Below the pieces are notes generated by a model, which saw only the letters and a list, made by a program, of their open reading frames with translations, searched no databases and was not told where the DNA came from. This document shows, piece after piece, positions 56,077 to 64,000 of a DNA stretch of 64,000 nucleotides. Within the stretch, counting starts at the first letter, position 1. Each line of letters starts with the position of its first letter. Made by a program: the position numbers and the translations under genes. Source of the DNA: Bryobacteraceae bacterium (GTDB lineage: Bacteria > Acidobacteriota > Terriglobia > Bryobacterales > Bryobacteraceae); assembly GCA_035499555.1 (NCBI GenBank), contig DATJYO010000055.1, forward strand, positions 222,757 to 286,756, given 5' to 3'.

Positions 56077-57072
56077 TTGCCCAAAGTGAAGATCAGCGCG
56101 CTCGGCTGTTATGTGCCGCCGGGTGTGCTCACTAACAAAGATCTCGAAGGAATGGTGGAGACCAACAGCCAGTGGATCATCGAGCGCACGGGCATCTGTG
56201 AGCGGCACATTGCCGCGCCCGGCGTGGCCACCTCCGACATGGCGACCGAGGCCGCGCGCGCGGCGCTGGCGGCGCGCGGCATTACGGGCGACGATCTGGA
56301 CACTATCCTGGTCTGCACCGTGACCCCCGACATGCTGTTTCCATCGACGGCGTGCATCGTCCAGGACCGGCTGGGCGCGCACCACGCATGGGGCTTCGAT
56401 CTGGTCGCCGCCTGCTCCAGTTTTCTCTACGGACTGAACACGGGCGCGGCCCTGGTGGCGGCTGGGACGCATCGCAAGGTGCTGATCATCGGCTCGGATA
56501 CCATGAGCCGGATCATCGATTACACCGACCGCGCTACCTGCATCCTGTTCGGGGATGGCGCCGGAGCCATGCTGCTGGAACCGGCCGGCGAAGCCGATGA
56601 CGGCGCGGGCTTCATCGACTTCCTGGGCGAGATCGATGGATCGGGCGGGCAGTTCCTGTACATGCCGGCCGGCGGCAGCCGGCTCCCCGCTTCGGCGGAG
56701 ACGGTCGCCAGGCGGCAGCACTTCGTACACCAGGAAGGCCAGCAGGTCTTTAAATACGCGGTCAAGAAGATGTACGAGCTGTGTGCCGAGGTGCTGGAAC
56801 GAAATAAGCTGAAGGCGTCGGATATCAGCGTGCTGATTCCGCACCAGGCCAACCGCAGAATCATCACCGGCGCGGCCGAGCGCCTGGGCCTGGCGCCGGA
56901 ACAGGTGCTGATCAACATCGATCGTTACGGCAACACCACTTCCGCCACCCTGCCGCTCGCCACGCAGGACGCCATTGCGCAGGGCAGGTTGAAGAAGGGC
57001 GATCTGGTGATGTTCGCCGCGGTCGGCGCGGGGTATACGGCCGGCGCGAGCCTGTGGCGCTGGGCGTATTAA
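56077..57072 (+). CDS. fabH: 3-oxoacyl-ACP synthase III
   Basis: Catalytic triad contexts are AACSSFLYGL (Cys), IPHQANRRI (His) and YGNTTSATLP (Asn). The track start is TTG at 56077, and GTG at 56086 is an alternative. Confidence 0.92.
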   Translation: MPKVKISALGCYVPPGVLTNKDLEGMVETNSQWIIERTGICERHIAAPGVATSDMATEAARAALAARGITGDDLDTILVCTVTPDMLFPSTACIVQDRLGAHHAWGFDLVAACSSFLYGLNTGAALVAAGTHRKVLIIGSDTMSRIIDYTDRATCILFGDGAGAMLLEPAGEADDGAGFIDFLGEIDGSGGQFLYMPAGGSRLPASAETVARRQHFVHQEGQQVFKYAVKKMYELCAEVLERNKLKASDISVLIPHQANRRIITGAAERLGLAPEQVLINIDRYGNTTSATLPLATQDAIAQGRLKKGDLVMFAAVGAGYTAGASLWRWAY

Positions 57073-57086
57073 GCTGGCGGGCGGTC

Positions 57087-59309
57087 TTATGGCTTGACGT
57101 TGGTCAGCACGGTCATGCTGTTGGAGCTGGAATTCGCCACCGCCAGATCCAACGCGCCATCCCCGTTGAAATCCGCGGCGGCGAGCGAGGTGGGATTGGT
57201 CCCCACGTCGAAGTTTACCGCCGCCCGGAACCCGCCATTCCCAAGCCCCAGCAGGATCGAAGCGGTGTTGGCGAAATAGCTGGCGGCTGCCAGATCCGGC
57301 CGGCCGTCCAAATTGAAGTCGCCCACGATCAACGACTGCGCCCCATCCGGCAGGGCATAGTCTACATGGGACTTGAAGACGCCCCGTCCGTCGTTTAGCA
57401 GAACCGAGACCGAACTGGCCCCGCAACAACCGCCCTGATTGGCCACCGCCAGGTCCGGATGGCCGTCGGCATCCAAATCGGCTACCGCAATGGCGTAAGG
57501 CGTGGACCCCACCGCGTAATTCACGGCGGACCGGAAGGTGCCATCGCCGTTGCCCAGCCGGATCGCAATCACATTGCTCAGATTGACCGCGATTGCCAGG
57601 TCTGCCTTGCCGTCGCCGTTGAAATCCGCGGCCGCCACGGCGAGAGGCGGGTTCTCCGTGGCATGCGCCACCGGTGCAGCGAACGAGCCGTCACCGTTGC
57701 CCAGCAGAATGGTCAGTTCGCCCGACGGGAAATTATAGTCACTCACCGCCAGATCGAGTCTGCCGTCTCCATTGAAGTCGGCGACCGCGACGCCATTCGG
57801 ATTGTTGCCGGCACGGTAACTCGCCGGGCGCTGGAACGTGCCATCGCCTTTTCCCAGGAAGATCGAAACGGTATCCGAGGACGAGTTCACCACCACCAGG
57901 TCGGCGATGCGATCGCCATTGAAATCGCCGACAGCGATGAAATTCGGACCCAGGCCGGTGCCGTAGGTCTTCGATAAAGCGAACGTGCTGTCGCCGTTGC
58001 CCAGCAGAATGGAGAGGGACCCGCCGCCGCTGACCACCGCCAGATCCGGCTTTCCGTCTCCGTTGAAATCGGCGGCCGCCACGGCGGCTGGTTTGGTCAC
58101 GGTGAAGTTGGCAGGCTGCTCGAAGACGCCACCAGGTCGGCCCAGCAGAATCGAAACGCTGGCGCCCACCACTGCCAGGTCCGCCCGACCGTCCCGGTTG
58201 AAATCTCCCACCGCCGCAAAGACCGGACCGAAATCCGCGGCGTAATTCACCGCGCGCTGAAACGTACCATCGCCGTTGCCGAACAGGATCGAAACGCTGT
58301 TCGAGCCGCCATTGGCCGCCGCGATGTCCGGCTTGCCGTCCCCATTGAAGTCGCCGACAGCTACCGAATCGGGGCCCGTTTGCGCCGACCATTTGGTGGC
58401 CGGCTGGAAGCTGCCGTCGCCGTTGCCCAGCAGGACCGCCACGCTGGAGGAGGAAATGTCCGCCACCGCAAGGTCGAGCTTGCCGTCGCCGTTCAAGTCC
58501 TTCACGGCCAGGGCCACGGGGATCATCCCGGCCGGATAGGTAACCGCGGGCAGAAGGGTCCCATCGCCGTTGCCCAGTAGAATCGAGACCACTCCCGGAC
58601 AACTGGGACAGGGCTGATATTCGTTAGCTACCGCGATATCCATCCGGCCGTCGCCATTGAAATCGCCCACCGCTACGAACATGGGATTCGTTCCTGCGGG
58701 GTAGCTCGCGGGCGGCTGAAAGGTGCCGTCGCCATTTCCCAACAGTACCGAGACGGTTTGCGGCGTGAACGAATCGGCCACTATCAGGTCCGCCCGCCCG
58801 TCGCCATTGAAGTCGGCGACGGCGACTGATTGCGCGCCGGTTCCGGCGGGGAAAGTCATGGCCGGTTGGAAGGTGCCGTCTCCGTTGCCCAGTAGTATGG
58901 ACACCGCGCCAGCGAAGCCGGGAGAAACGCCGTAGTCAGCCACGGCCAGGTCGAGTTTGCGATCGCCATTGAAATCGCCCACGGCGACGGAGGTCGGGAA
59001 CTCGCCGGCGGCATAATCCACGGCGGGCCGGAATATGCCATGCCCGCGGTTCAGCAGCACCGAAACCGTGTTCGAGCCCTCGTTGGCGACTGCCAGATCG
59101 GGCATGCGGTCCCCGGTAAAATCGCCGAGGGCCACCACCCTGGGATCGTTACCGGCCAGATAGGCTCGGGGAGCATTGAACGAAATCGCGGACACCGTTC
59201 CGGGCAGCCACGCGATGTAAGCCGCCATCCACAAATGGCTGAGGACGCGACGGGCCACTCTGTTCCACATCCGCCCGAGATTATATATCCAATCGCCGGC
59301 GCCGCCCAT
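57087..59309 (-). CDS. Secreted FG-GAP/VCBS-repeat protein
   Basis: About a dozen tandem ~55-aa modules with the core VAVGDFNGDGKxDLAVAN...SVLLGNGDGTFQ. The alternative ATG at 59270 gives a better signal peptide (MWNRVARRVLSHLWMAAYIAWLPGTVSA). Confidence 0.88.
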   Translation of the reverse strand: MGGAGDWIYNLGRMWNRVARRVLSHLWMAAYIAWLPGTVSAISFNAPRAYLAGNDPRVVALGDFTGDRMPDLAVANEGSNTVSVLLNRGHGIFRPAVDYAAGEFPTSVAVGDFNGDRKLDLAVADYGVSPGFAGAVSILLGNGDGTFQPAMTFPAGTGAQSVAVADFNGDGRADLIVADSFTPQTVSVLLGNGDGTFQPPASYPAGTNPMFVAVGDFNGDGRMDIAVANEYQPCPSCPGVVSILLGNGDGTLLPAVTYPAGMIPVALAVKDLNGDGKLDLAVADISSSSVAVLLGNGDGSFQPATKWSAQTGPDSVAVGDFNGDGKPDIAAANGGSNSVSILFGNGDGTFQRAVNYAADFGPVFAAVGDFNRDGRADLAVVGASVSILLGRPGGVFEQPANFTVTKPAAVAAADFNGDGKPDLAVVSGGGSLSILLGNGDSTFALSKTYGTGLGPNFIAVGDFNGDRIADLVVVNSSSDTVSIFLGKGDGTFQRPASYRAGNNPNGVAVADFNGDGRLDLAVSDYNFPSGELTILLGNGDGSFAAPVAHATENPPLAVAAADFNGDGKADLAIAVNLSNVIAIRLGNGDGTFRSAVNYAVGSTPYAIAVADLDADGHPDLAVANQGGCCGASSVSVLLNDGRGVFKSHVDYALPDGAQSLIVGDFNLDGRPDLAAASYFANTASILLGLGNGGFRAAVNFDVGTNPTSLAAADFNGDGALDLAVANSSSNSMTVLTNVKP

Positions 59310-59377
59310 CCCGGCGCCGTCTCGGGTGTTAATATCGGTTCAGCGGACGTGGCGCCGGCGCAGAAGGGTGTAGAGCC

Positions 59378-59902
59378 GTGACGCGAATTGCCTGGTGGAT
59401 TGTACTGGTTTTCATGTCGCTTGCAGTGGTCGCCCTGGATGTCCTTACCCCTCCCCAGATCCAGTTTCCAATCGCCTTTGCCGTGCCTGTCAGCCTGGCT
59501 GGCTGGTATCTCTCCAGCCGTGCCGGTATAGGTTTCGCGCTGGCGTTGGTCGCCTGCTATTTCGCCATCTCGATGACCGCCGAGGCGGGGTACGCACCGC
59601 AGTGGGCGACCGCGGTCAACGGCGGAATTCTCCTGATAGTACTGGCCGGCTTAGCCGTTCTGCTCGCCGGCGCCCGGCAAAAACTCCGGTTGCAGCAGCG
59701 GGTGCGGGTTCTCGAGGGCATGTTGGAGATCTGCGGCTTCTGCAAAAAGATTCACTGTCCGGACGGAAGGTGGGAACAGCTCGAGACCTACATCAGCGAG
59801 CGATCGGCCGCGCGGTTCACACACGGATTCTGCGAGGCTTGCGGACGAAAGCACTACCCGGAGTACTTTTCGGATCCTAAACCGTCAGATGGCCCGTCAT
59901 AA
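59378..59902 (+). CDS. Small 4-TM membrane protein with C-terminal Cys/His-rich (CxxC...HGxCxxC) putative zinc-binding tail
   Basis: GTG start. Four hydrophobic helices, then LEICGFCKKIHCPDGRWEQLETYISERSAARFTHGFCEACGRKHYPEYF. The 3' end overlaps the convergent GGDEF gene by 26 nt. Confidence 0.65.
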   Translation: MTRIAWWIVLVFMSLAVVALDVLTPPQIQFPIAFAVPVSLAGWYLSSRAGIGFALALVACYFAISMTAEAGYAPQWATAVNGGILLIVLAGLAVLLAGARQKLRLQQRVRVLEGMLEICGFCKKIHCPDGRWEQLETYISERSAARFTHGFCEACGRKHYPEYFSDPKPSDGPS

Positions 59903-62843
59903 CCCGGTCGGCTCGCAACACGTTCTGCGGTATGCCGGGCGGCAGACTCCCGGCCGTCTCGATGCGATTGCGCCCGTTGGATTTGGCGGTGTAAAGCGCC
60001 AGATCGGCCAGTTTCAGCAGTGACTCCAAACCGGTCATCTCCGGGTCGAACCAGGCAACGCCGATACTGCAGGTGATCGCCAGCTCCAGGTCGCGGGATA
60101 CGACAGGGTTCTGGCTCAGCTGACGGTGAAGATCCTGGACACGGTCCGCATTCTCCTGGGGAAGCCCGGGCATGATGATGAGGAACTCCTCGCCGCCGAA
60201 GCGTCCGGCATGATCGTAGGGCCGCAGATTGTATTTCAGGCGCCGTGCGAATTCCCGCAGCACATCGTCGCCGGCCAGGTGACCATAGGTATCGTTTATA
60301 GCTTTGAAGTGGTCCAGATCGGCCAGCAGCACTGCCAGGTGCGAGTTCTGGCGCCGCGCCTGGATCATGGCCTGTTCCAGCACGCGGAGAATAGCCTCGC
60401 GATTCAACAGCCCCGTCAGGAAATCGTGAGTAGCCTGCTGCGACAGTATAGCCTTCGCCTGCAGCAGTTCCGCCTTTTCCGTCTCCAATTCGCGCGTCCG
60501 CGCCTTTACCAGGCGCCGCAGTTCGTTCTGGCGCGCGATCATGAGACGGTTTGCCCAAAGCCAGACCAGAAAGACCAGCCCCAGAACACCCAGTCCCACC
60601 GCGGCCTGGAAGACGGGAGTCTGATAGAAGTGCGGCAGCAGATCGAAAGCGATCTGCGCCTCGGCCTGCTCGCCGGATGCGCTGAGCGTCACGGCGGCCA
60701 CGCGAAAGCGGTAGTTGCCTGGCGGCAGATTCGTATAATAGGCCGCCGTCCGGCTGCCGGCATCGACCCAGTCCTTGTCGAATCCTTCGAGCTTGTATTT
60801 GTAGCGGACCCGGTCCGCGCCCGCGAAATAGGGGGCGCTGTAATGCAACTCCAGTTCGTGGCCGCCGGGCGGCAACCGCAGGCCGGGACCCGGATCGACA
60901 TGCGTTTTGTCCGCCCACAGGTCTTCGATGTTGAGGTGCAGGGGCGGCGTCTGGGCGGCTGCCCACTGCGGATCCAGCTTCAAGACCCCTGCTACCGTCG
61001 CAAACCAGAGATTTCCGCGACGATCCTTCCAGCCGGAGGGCGCGCTGCCCCCATTGCATTCGGCGCTCCTCATCCCGTCCGCTACGCCAAACGCCACCAC
61101 CGACAGTCGCTCTAATCTCCCCCCGGCGACGTCATTCAACTGTTGTTTGGAGACCCGAAAGATACCCTTGTTCGTGGAGAGCCACAGATATCCGCGGGCA
61201 TCCTCGAGAATCGCCATCGGATTCTGCAGGAAGAGTCCCTCGCGATCGCCATAGGCCGTGATCTTGCCATCCTTGAGCCGGTCCAGCCCATCCGTCCCGA
61301 TCCACAGGACGCCTTCCGCGTCTTCGTAGAGCGAGAGCACCTGATCCGCGGACAGGCCGTCTTTACTCGTGAGATTCGTGAACCTGCCGTTTCGATAACG
61401 GCTGAGCCCTCCCAGCGTCCCGATCCAGAGTCCGCCGTGCCGGCTCGGGACGATCGTCTGGACGTTGTTGCTGGCCAGGCCGTCACGAGTCGTCAAGTAG
61501 GTATATCGCTTCCCGCGAAGTACCGCCAGCCCGCTGCTTCGCGTGCCGATCCAGACGGCGCCGCTCTCGTCCTCGTAAATGGCGTGCACCTGCTCGCTCA
61601 AGGGCGGAGTTGCCGGCGGCGCACCCGCGACTCTGCCGTGTGTAAACCGGCTCAAGCCGGAGTCCTTGCCCAGCCACACGGTGCCATCCCGCCCTTCCCA
61701 AACGGCGCCGACGGTATTGTCCGCAAATCCTTCGCGCGTGGGGTAGACGGTAACTTTGCTGTCCTGTAGCCGATTCAGACCTCCGCTTTGCGTCCCGACC
61801 CAAATGCTGGAGTCGCGTCCCTCCATCACCGTCCATACCAGGTCATGCGAGATGCCTTCCCGCTTGCCGTACGGCGTGAACATGGTGTCCCGAAATACGT
61901 CGATTCCCCCGAAAGTCCCGACCCAGAGATTCCCGGCTTTGTCTTCAAACAGGCTTTTCACTTCGACTCCGGACAGGCCATCGGACTCCGAGTAGTGCCG
62001 CACACCTTCGCGGTTGATGCGGAACAGCCCGTCCCCCAACGTGCCCACCCAGAGATTCCGATCCCGATCCTGAAGCAGGGCGGTGATCTCGGGATGCGGA
62101 GCGTGGGAATCCAGGCGGTATGCGCTGAGCCGGCCATCGATCAGGCGATACAGGCCGGCCGTGCTCCCGATCCACAGAACGCCGGTCGGGGACTCCGCCA
62201 TCAGGGCCCTCACGATCAGTCCCGCCGCCACAGAGACCGGCCGCCCCGCCCGGCTCGCCGGTAACATGATCAAGCCCTGGTTGCCGGCTACCCAGAGGTC
62301 ACCGTTCCCGGCGCGGAGAAACAGGCGCGGCGATTCCCTTGCGATCCGGTCGATCGCAGGGTCGGGCTCGAATCGGCTGTTCCGCCACATGCGGATTCCG
62401 GCGGTGGTCGTGATCCATAGAGGCCCTCCGGGCTCTGCCCATAGCTCGCGAATCGTGTCGCTCGGCAGACCATCCCGGGTCGTGTAGCTGGTGAACCGGT
62501 GATTCTTGAGGCAGCTCAGGCCGTTTTCCGTTCCAATCCAGATACCGCCGTCCGGCGTCTCCGCCAGCGCCTGTATTCGATTGTTCGGCAGTTGCGCGGT
62601 CTTGCGATCGAAGACCGTGAACCGGGCGCCATCGAATCGCACCAGGCCCTCTTCGGTGCCGGCCCAGACGTAACCATCCTGGGTTTGCAGAATGGTCATC
62701 ACATCGGCTTCGGGCAAACCGCTTTGCGAATTCCACGCCGCGTGCGCGTATTGCGCGACGCTCTTGTGCGGATCCAGCGCGCAGGCTTCGCGGCTCGCGA
62801 CGCCCAGCGTCACCAGCAGGCACGCAATGAAACGAGCCTTCAT
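59877..62843 (-). CDS. Two-component-regulator-propeller / Y_Y_Y sensor diguanylate cyclase (GGDEF)
   Basis: Signal peptide. Many WIGT..GL.R(F/L) propeller repeats. Y_Y_Y segment is RVRYKYKLEGFDKDWVDAG...YYTNLPPGNYRFRV. Then a TM helix, a coiled coil and a GGDEF domain with RFGGEEFLIIMPG. Confidence 0.9.
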   Translation of the reverse strand: MKARFIACLLVTLGVASREACALDPHKSVAQYAHAAWNSQSGLPEADVMTILQTQDGYVWAGTEEGLVRFDGARFTVFDRKTAQLPNNRIQALAETPDGGIWIGTENGLSCLKNHRFTSYTTRDGLPSDTIRELWAEPGGPLWITTTAGIRMWRNSRFEPDPAIDRIARESPRLFLRAGNGDLWVAGNQGLIMLPASRAGRPVSVAAGLIVRALMAESPTGVLWIGSTAGLYRLIDGRLSAYRLDSHAPHPEITALLQDRDRNLWVGTLGDGLFRINREGVRHYSESDGLSGVEVKSLFEDKAGNLWVGTFGGIDVFRDTMFTPYGKREGISHDLVWTVMEGRDSSIWVGTQSGGLNRLQDSKVTVYPTREGFADNTVGAVWEGRDGTVWLGKDSGLSRFTHGRVAGAPPATPPLSEQVHAIYEDESGAVWIGTRSSGLAVLRGKRYTYLTTRDGLASNNVQTIVPSRHGGLWIGTLGGLSRYRNGRFTNLTSKDGLSADQVLSLYEDAEGVLWIGTDGLDRLKDGKITAYGDREGLFLQNPMAILEDARGYLWLSTNKGIFRVSKQQLNDVAGGRLERLSVVAFGVADGMRSAECNGGSAPSGWKDRRGNLWFATVAGVLKLDPQWAAAQTPPLHLNIEDLWADKTHVDPGPGLRLPPGGHELELHYSAPYFAGADRVRYKYKLEGFDKDWVDAGSRTAAYYTNLPPGNYRFRVAAVTLSASGEQAEAQIAFDLLPHFYQTPVFQAAVGLGVLGLVFLVWLWANRLMIARQNELRRLVKARTRELETEKAELLQAKAILSQQATHDFLTGLLNREAILRVLEQAMIQARRQNSHLAVLLADLDHFKAINDTYGHLAGDDVLREFARRLKYNLRPYDHAGRFGGEEFLIIMPGLPQENADRVQDLHRQLSQNPVVSRDLELAITCSIGVAWFDPEMTGLESLLKLADLALYTAKSNGRNRIETAGSLPPGIPQNVLRADRVMTGHLTV

Positions 62844-63148
62844 GCCGTGTCCCGCCGCAGGACGGTGCGATGAGCCTCAGGATAAGCACAACTGATCATA
62901 AGAACGTTTAACAAGCCATCCTCATTCTATGCAAGACGAGAGGGCAATTCATATGGAACTCGGTGCCCGCCAGTGCTATAACTGGCGTCAAGCATGGTAC
63001 TGCGTAGTACCCGCGGATATCCGGGCGGGAGCGGTCTGCGAGCCGCGAATCTAGCTCACTTTGGTAATAAGCGCACCCTTTCTGCCACATCTCTTTCAGT
63101 GGAGCGGACTGGCCGCGAACTGACCCAGAAACGCTCGGAGGCAAAAAA

Positions 63149-64000
63149 ATGAACACACGACGACACTTATTGGCGAACACCCTGATCTTATGCGCTGCAT
63201 TGTGCGCGGCGGCCACGGCATCCGCCCAACCGTACATCGCGTATGAATATGGCGCCACGGCGGGCGCGGTCAGCCAGGTGTCCATCGCCAACCTGAAGGC
63301 GAACTGGGTGGTGACTGGTATCCGTAACGGATCGGGGAACCTGCAGGTGATCAGTTGGTACTCCAATGGTACCAAGCTGGTTCGAAAGGGCTCCGCGACG
63401 GCAGGCGCCATCAGCAGCGTCTCGACCGCGGGCCTCGGCTCCAACCAGTTTGTTACGGCGGTGATTAACGGTAGCGGCAACCTGGAGCTGATCTCATGGT
63501 CCGTGAGCTCCAGTGGCGCCATCGCGCGCGAAGGCGATTTCGAGAGCGTGGCGGCGCAGAAAGTGGACATCGCCAGACTGAGCGCCAGCCGGGCGGTCAC
63601 GGCGATCCAAGACAGCTTCGGCAACCTGACGCTCAATGTCTGGGCGGTGGACTCCAGCGGGAACATCACCGCGAAAGGAAGCGTCACAGACGGAGCCGTC
63701 AGTAAGGTATCGGTCGCCGGCATGAGCGGCAGCCAACTCGTAACCGCGGTCGAGACCGCCTCCGGTGACCTGCTGGTATCTTCCTGGAGTGTGAACAGTA
63801 ACGGAGCCATCACCCATCAGGACGATGCCTCCGCCGGCGCCATCACTCAGGTGGATGTGACCGCATGGGCCGACCTGGGCCACCTGGGGACGGCCGTGAT
63901 CGAAAGTTCCGGCAAGCTCGAAGTGATCGATTGGATTGCGGATCCCACCACCGGCGCTATTACGCGCCAGGCATCCTACACTCTGACGGGCACCGCCAGC
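63149..64000 (+). CDS. Secreted protein made of ~48-aa tandem repeats (propeller-blade-like), 5' part only (runs off window end)
   Basis: ATG at 63149 with a GGAGG SD 7 nt upstream. Signal peptide MNTRRHLLANTLILCAALCAAATASA. The frame stays open for 284 codons to the window end. At least five repeats have the core VTAV.NGSGNLELISWSV...G.I. Not in the ORF track (no stop). The minus-strand ORF 62908-63813 is its antisense shadow. Confidence 0.7.
   Translation, partial: MNTRRHLLANTLILCAALCAAATASAQPYIAYEYGATAGAVSQVSIANLKANWVVTGIRNGSGNLQVISWYSNGTKLVRKGSATAGAISSVSTAGLGSNQFVTAVINGSGNLELISWSVSSSGAIAREGDFESVAAQKVDIARLSASRAVTAIQDSFGNLTLNVWAVDSSGNITAKGSVTDGAVSKVSVAGMSGSQLVTAVETASGDLLVSSWSVNSNGAITHQDDASAGAITQVDVTAWADLGHLGTAVIESSGKLEVIDWIADPTTGAITRQASYTLTGTAS

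Noticed and set aside
56032-57429. Upstream 466 codons of the 711-aa minus-strand ORF 55294-57429
   Set aside because: This part is antisense to fabH, which has an unambiguous catalytic triad, and it has an Arg/Gly-rich composition. Only the 3' 245 codons (SprT/DUF45-like) look genuine.
10807-59902. Three gene overlaps of exactly 26 nt (10807-10832, 14859-14884, 59877-59902)
   Set aside because: The overlapping sequences share no similarity, and one case is a convergent overlap. This is most simply coincidence of frame geometry, or slight start mis-assignment.
62975-63047. Possible ZTP (pfl) or c-di-GMP riboswitch because of AACTGGCG and CCGGGCGGGAGCGG strings next to a GGDEF gene
   Set aside because: The conserved 3' pseudoknot element (CCGCCTGGGC-type) of ZTP and the GCAAAGCC-type core of GEMM-I are absent. 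The downstream gene is not in either regulon. It is kept only as an unclassified structured region.
62908-63813. 301-aa minus-strand ORF
   Set aside because: The opposite strand carries an SD, ATG, signal peptide and periodic 48-aa repeats, open to the window edge. The minus-strand translation is Ala/Thr/Leu/Pro-rich with no start context.
1-64000. Search for CRISPR arrays, rRNA/tRNA genes, IS elements, integrases, toxin-antitoxin or known defence genes
   Set aside because: - No direct-repeat/spacer periodicity was seen.
- No transposase or integrase motifs were seen.
- No restriction, Cas or abortive-infection signatures appear in any frame.
- The window reads as core chromosome.

Overview
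High-GC (well above 60% by eye), densely packed bacterial chromosomal segment. I call about 49 protein-coding genes. I found no rRNA, tRNA, CRISPR array, transposase, integrase or phage genes. All product calls rest on motifs read from the supplied translations, with no database search.

The gene content points to an Acidobacteria-type genome of the Solibacter/Bryobacter kind:
- an ADOP-type duplicated orphan FtsX permease
- a VWA protein of the acidobacterial VWFA-related type
- two TonB-dependent barrels with carboxypeptidase-regulatory-like N-termini
- FG-GAP/ASPIC(UnbV)/TPR giant proteins
- many twin-arginine leaders on sugar-modifying enzymes

Recognisable housekeeping genes are uppP, ftsK, glgA, trxA, fabH and msrPQ. 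Also present are a SpoU methyltransferase, an SDR, a Zn-ADH, a GH3 beta-glucosidase, a P450, a KdpD/KdpE-like two-component pair, an NtrC-family sigma-54 activator and a propeller/Y_Y_Y GGDEF cyclase.

The ORF track renders GTG/TTG starts as M. Several starts were re-placed on internal ATG/GTG codons with better signal peptides or SD sequences. Two real genes run off the window edges and are missing from the track: 1-377 minus and 63149-64000 plus.

Most interesting candidates:
1. A translationally coupled AAA_5/MoxR-like ATPase plus a 611-aa partner with no VWA/MIDAS signature (9996-12642).
2. An envelope three-gene cluster of plug-barrel, FG-GAP/UnbV/thioredoxin-like/TPR giant and CarboxypepD_reg-TPR protein (21762-29089).
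3. A histidine kinase, response regulator and ankyrin protein in one overlapping operon, divergent from a TonB receptor plus atypical nucleoside-hydrolase-like pair.
4. A small 4-TM protein with a CxxC...HGxCxxC tail whose 3' end overlaps a diguanylate cyclase gene.
5. A structured low-GC intergenic region with a 33-aa Cys/Trp sORF, next to a secreted protein built of ~48-aa tandem repeats.
6. Four genes with near-consensus -10 boxes 7-9 nt upstream of the ATG and no SD, which makes them leaderless candidates.

None of these can be proven novel without database and structure searches.
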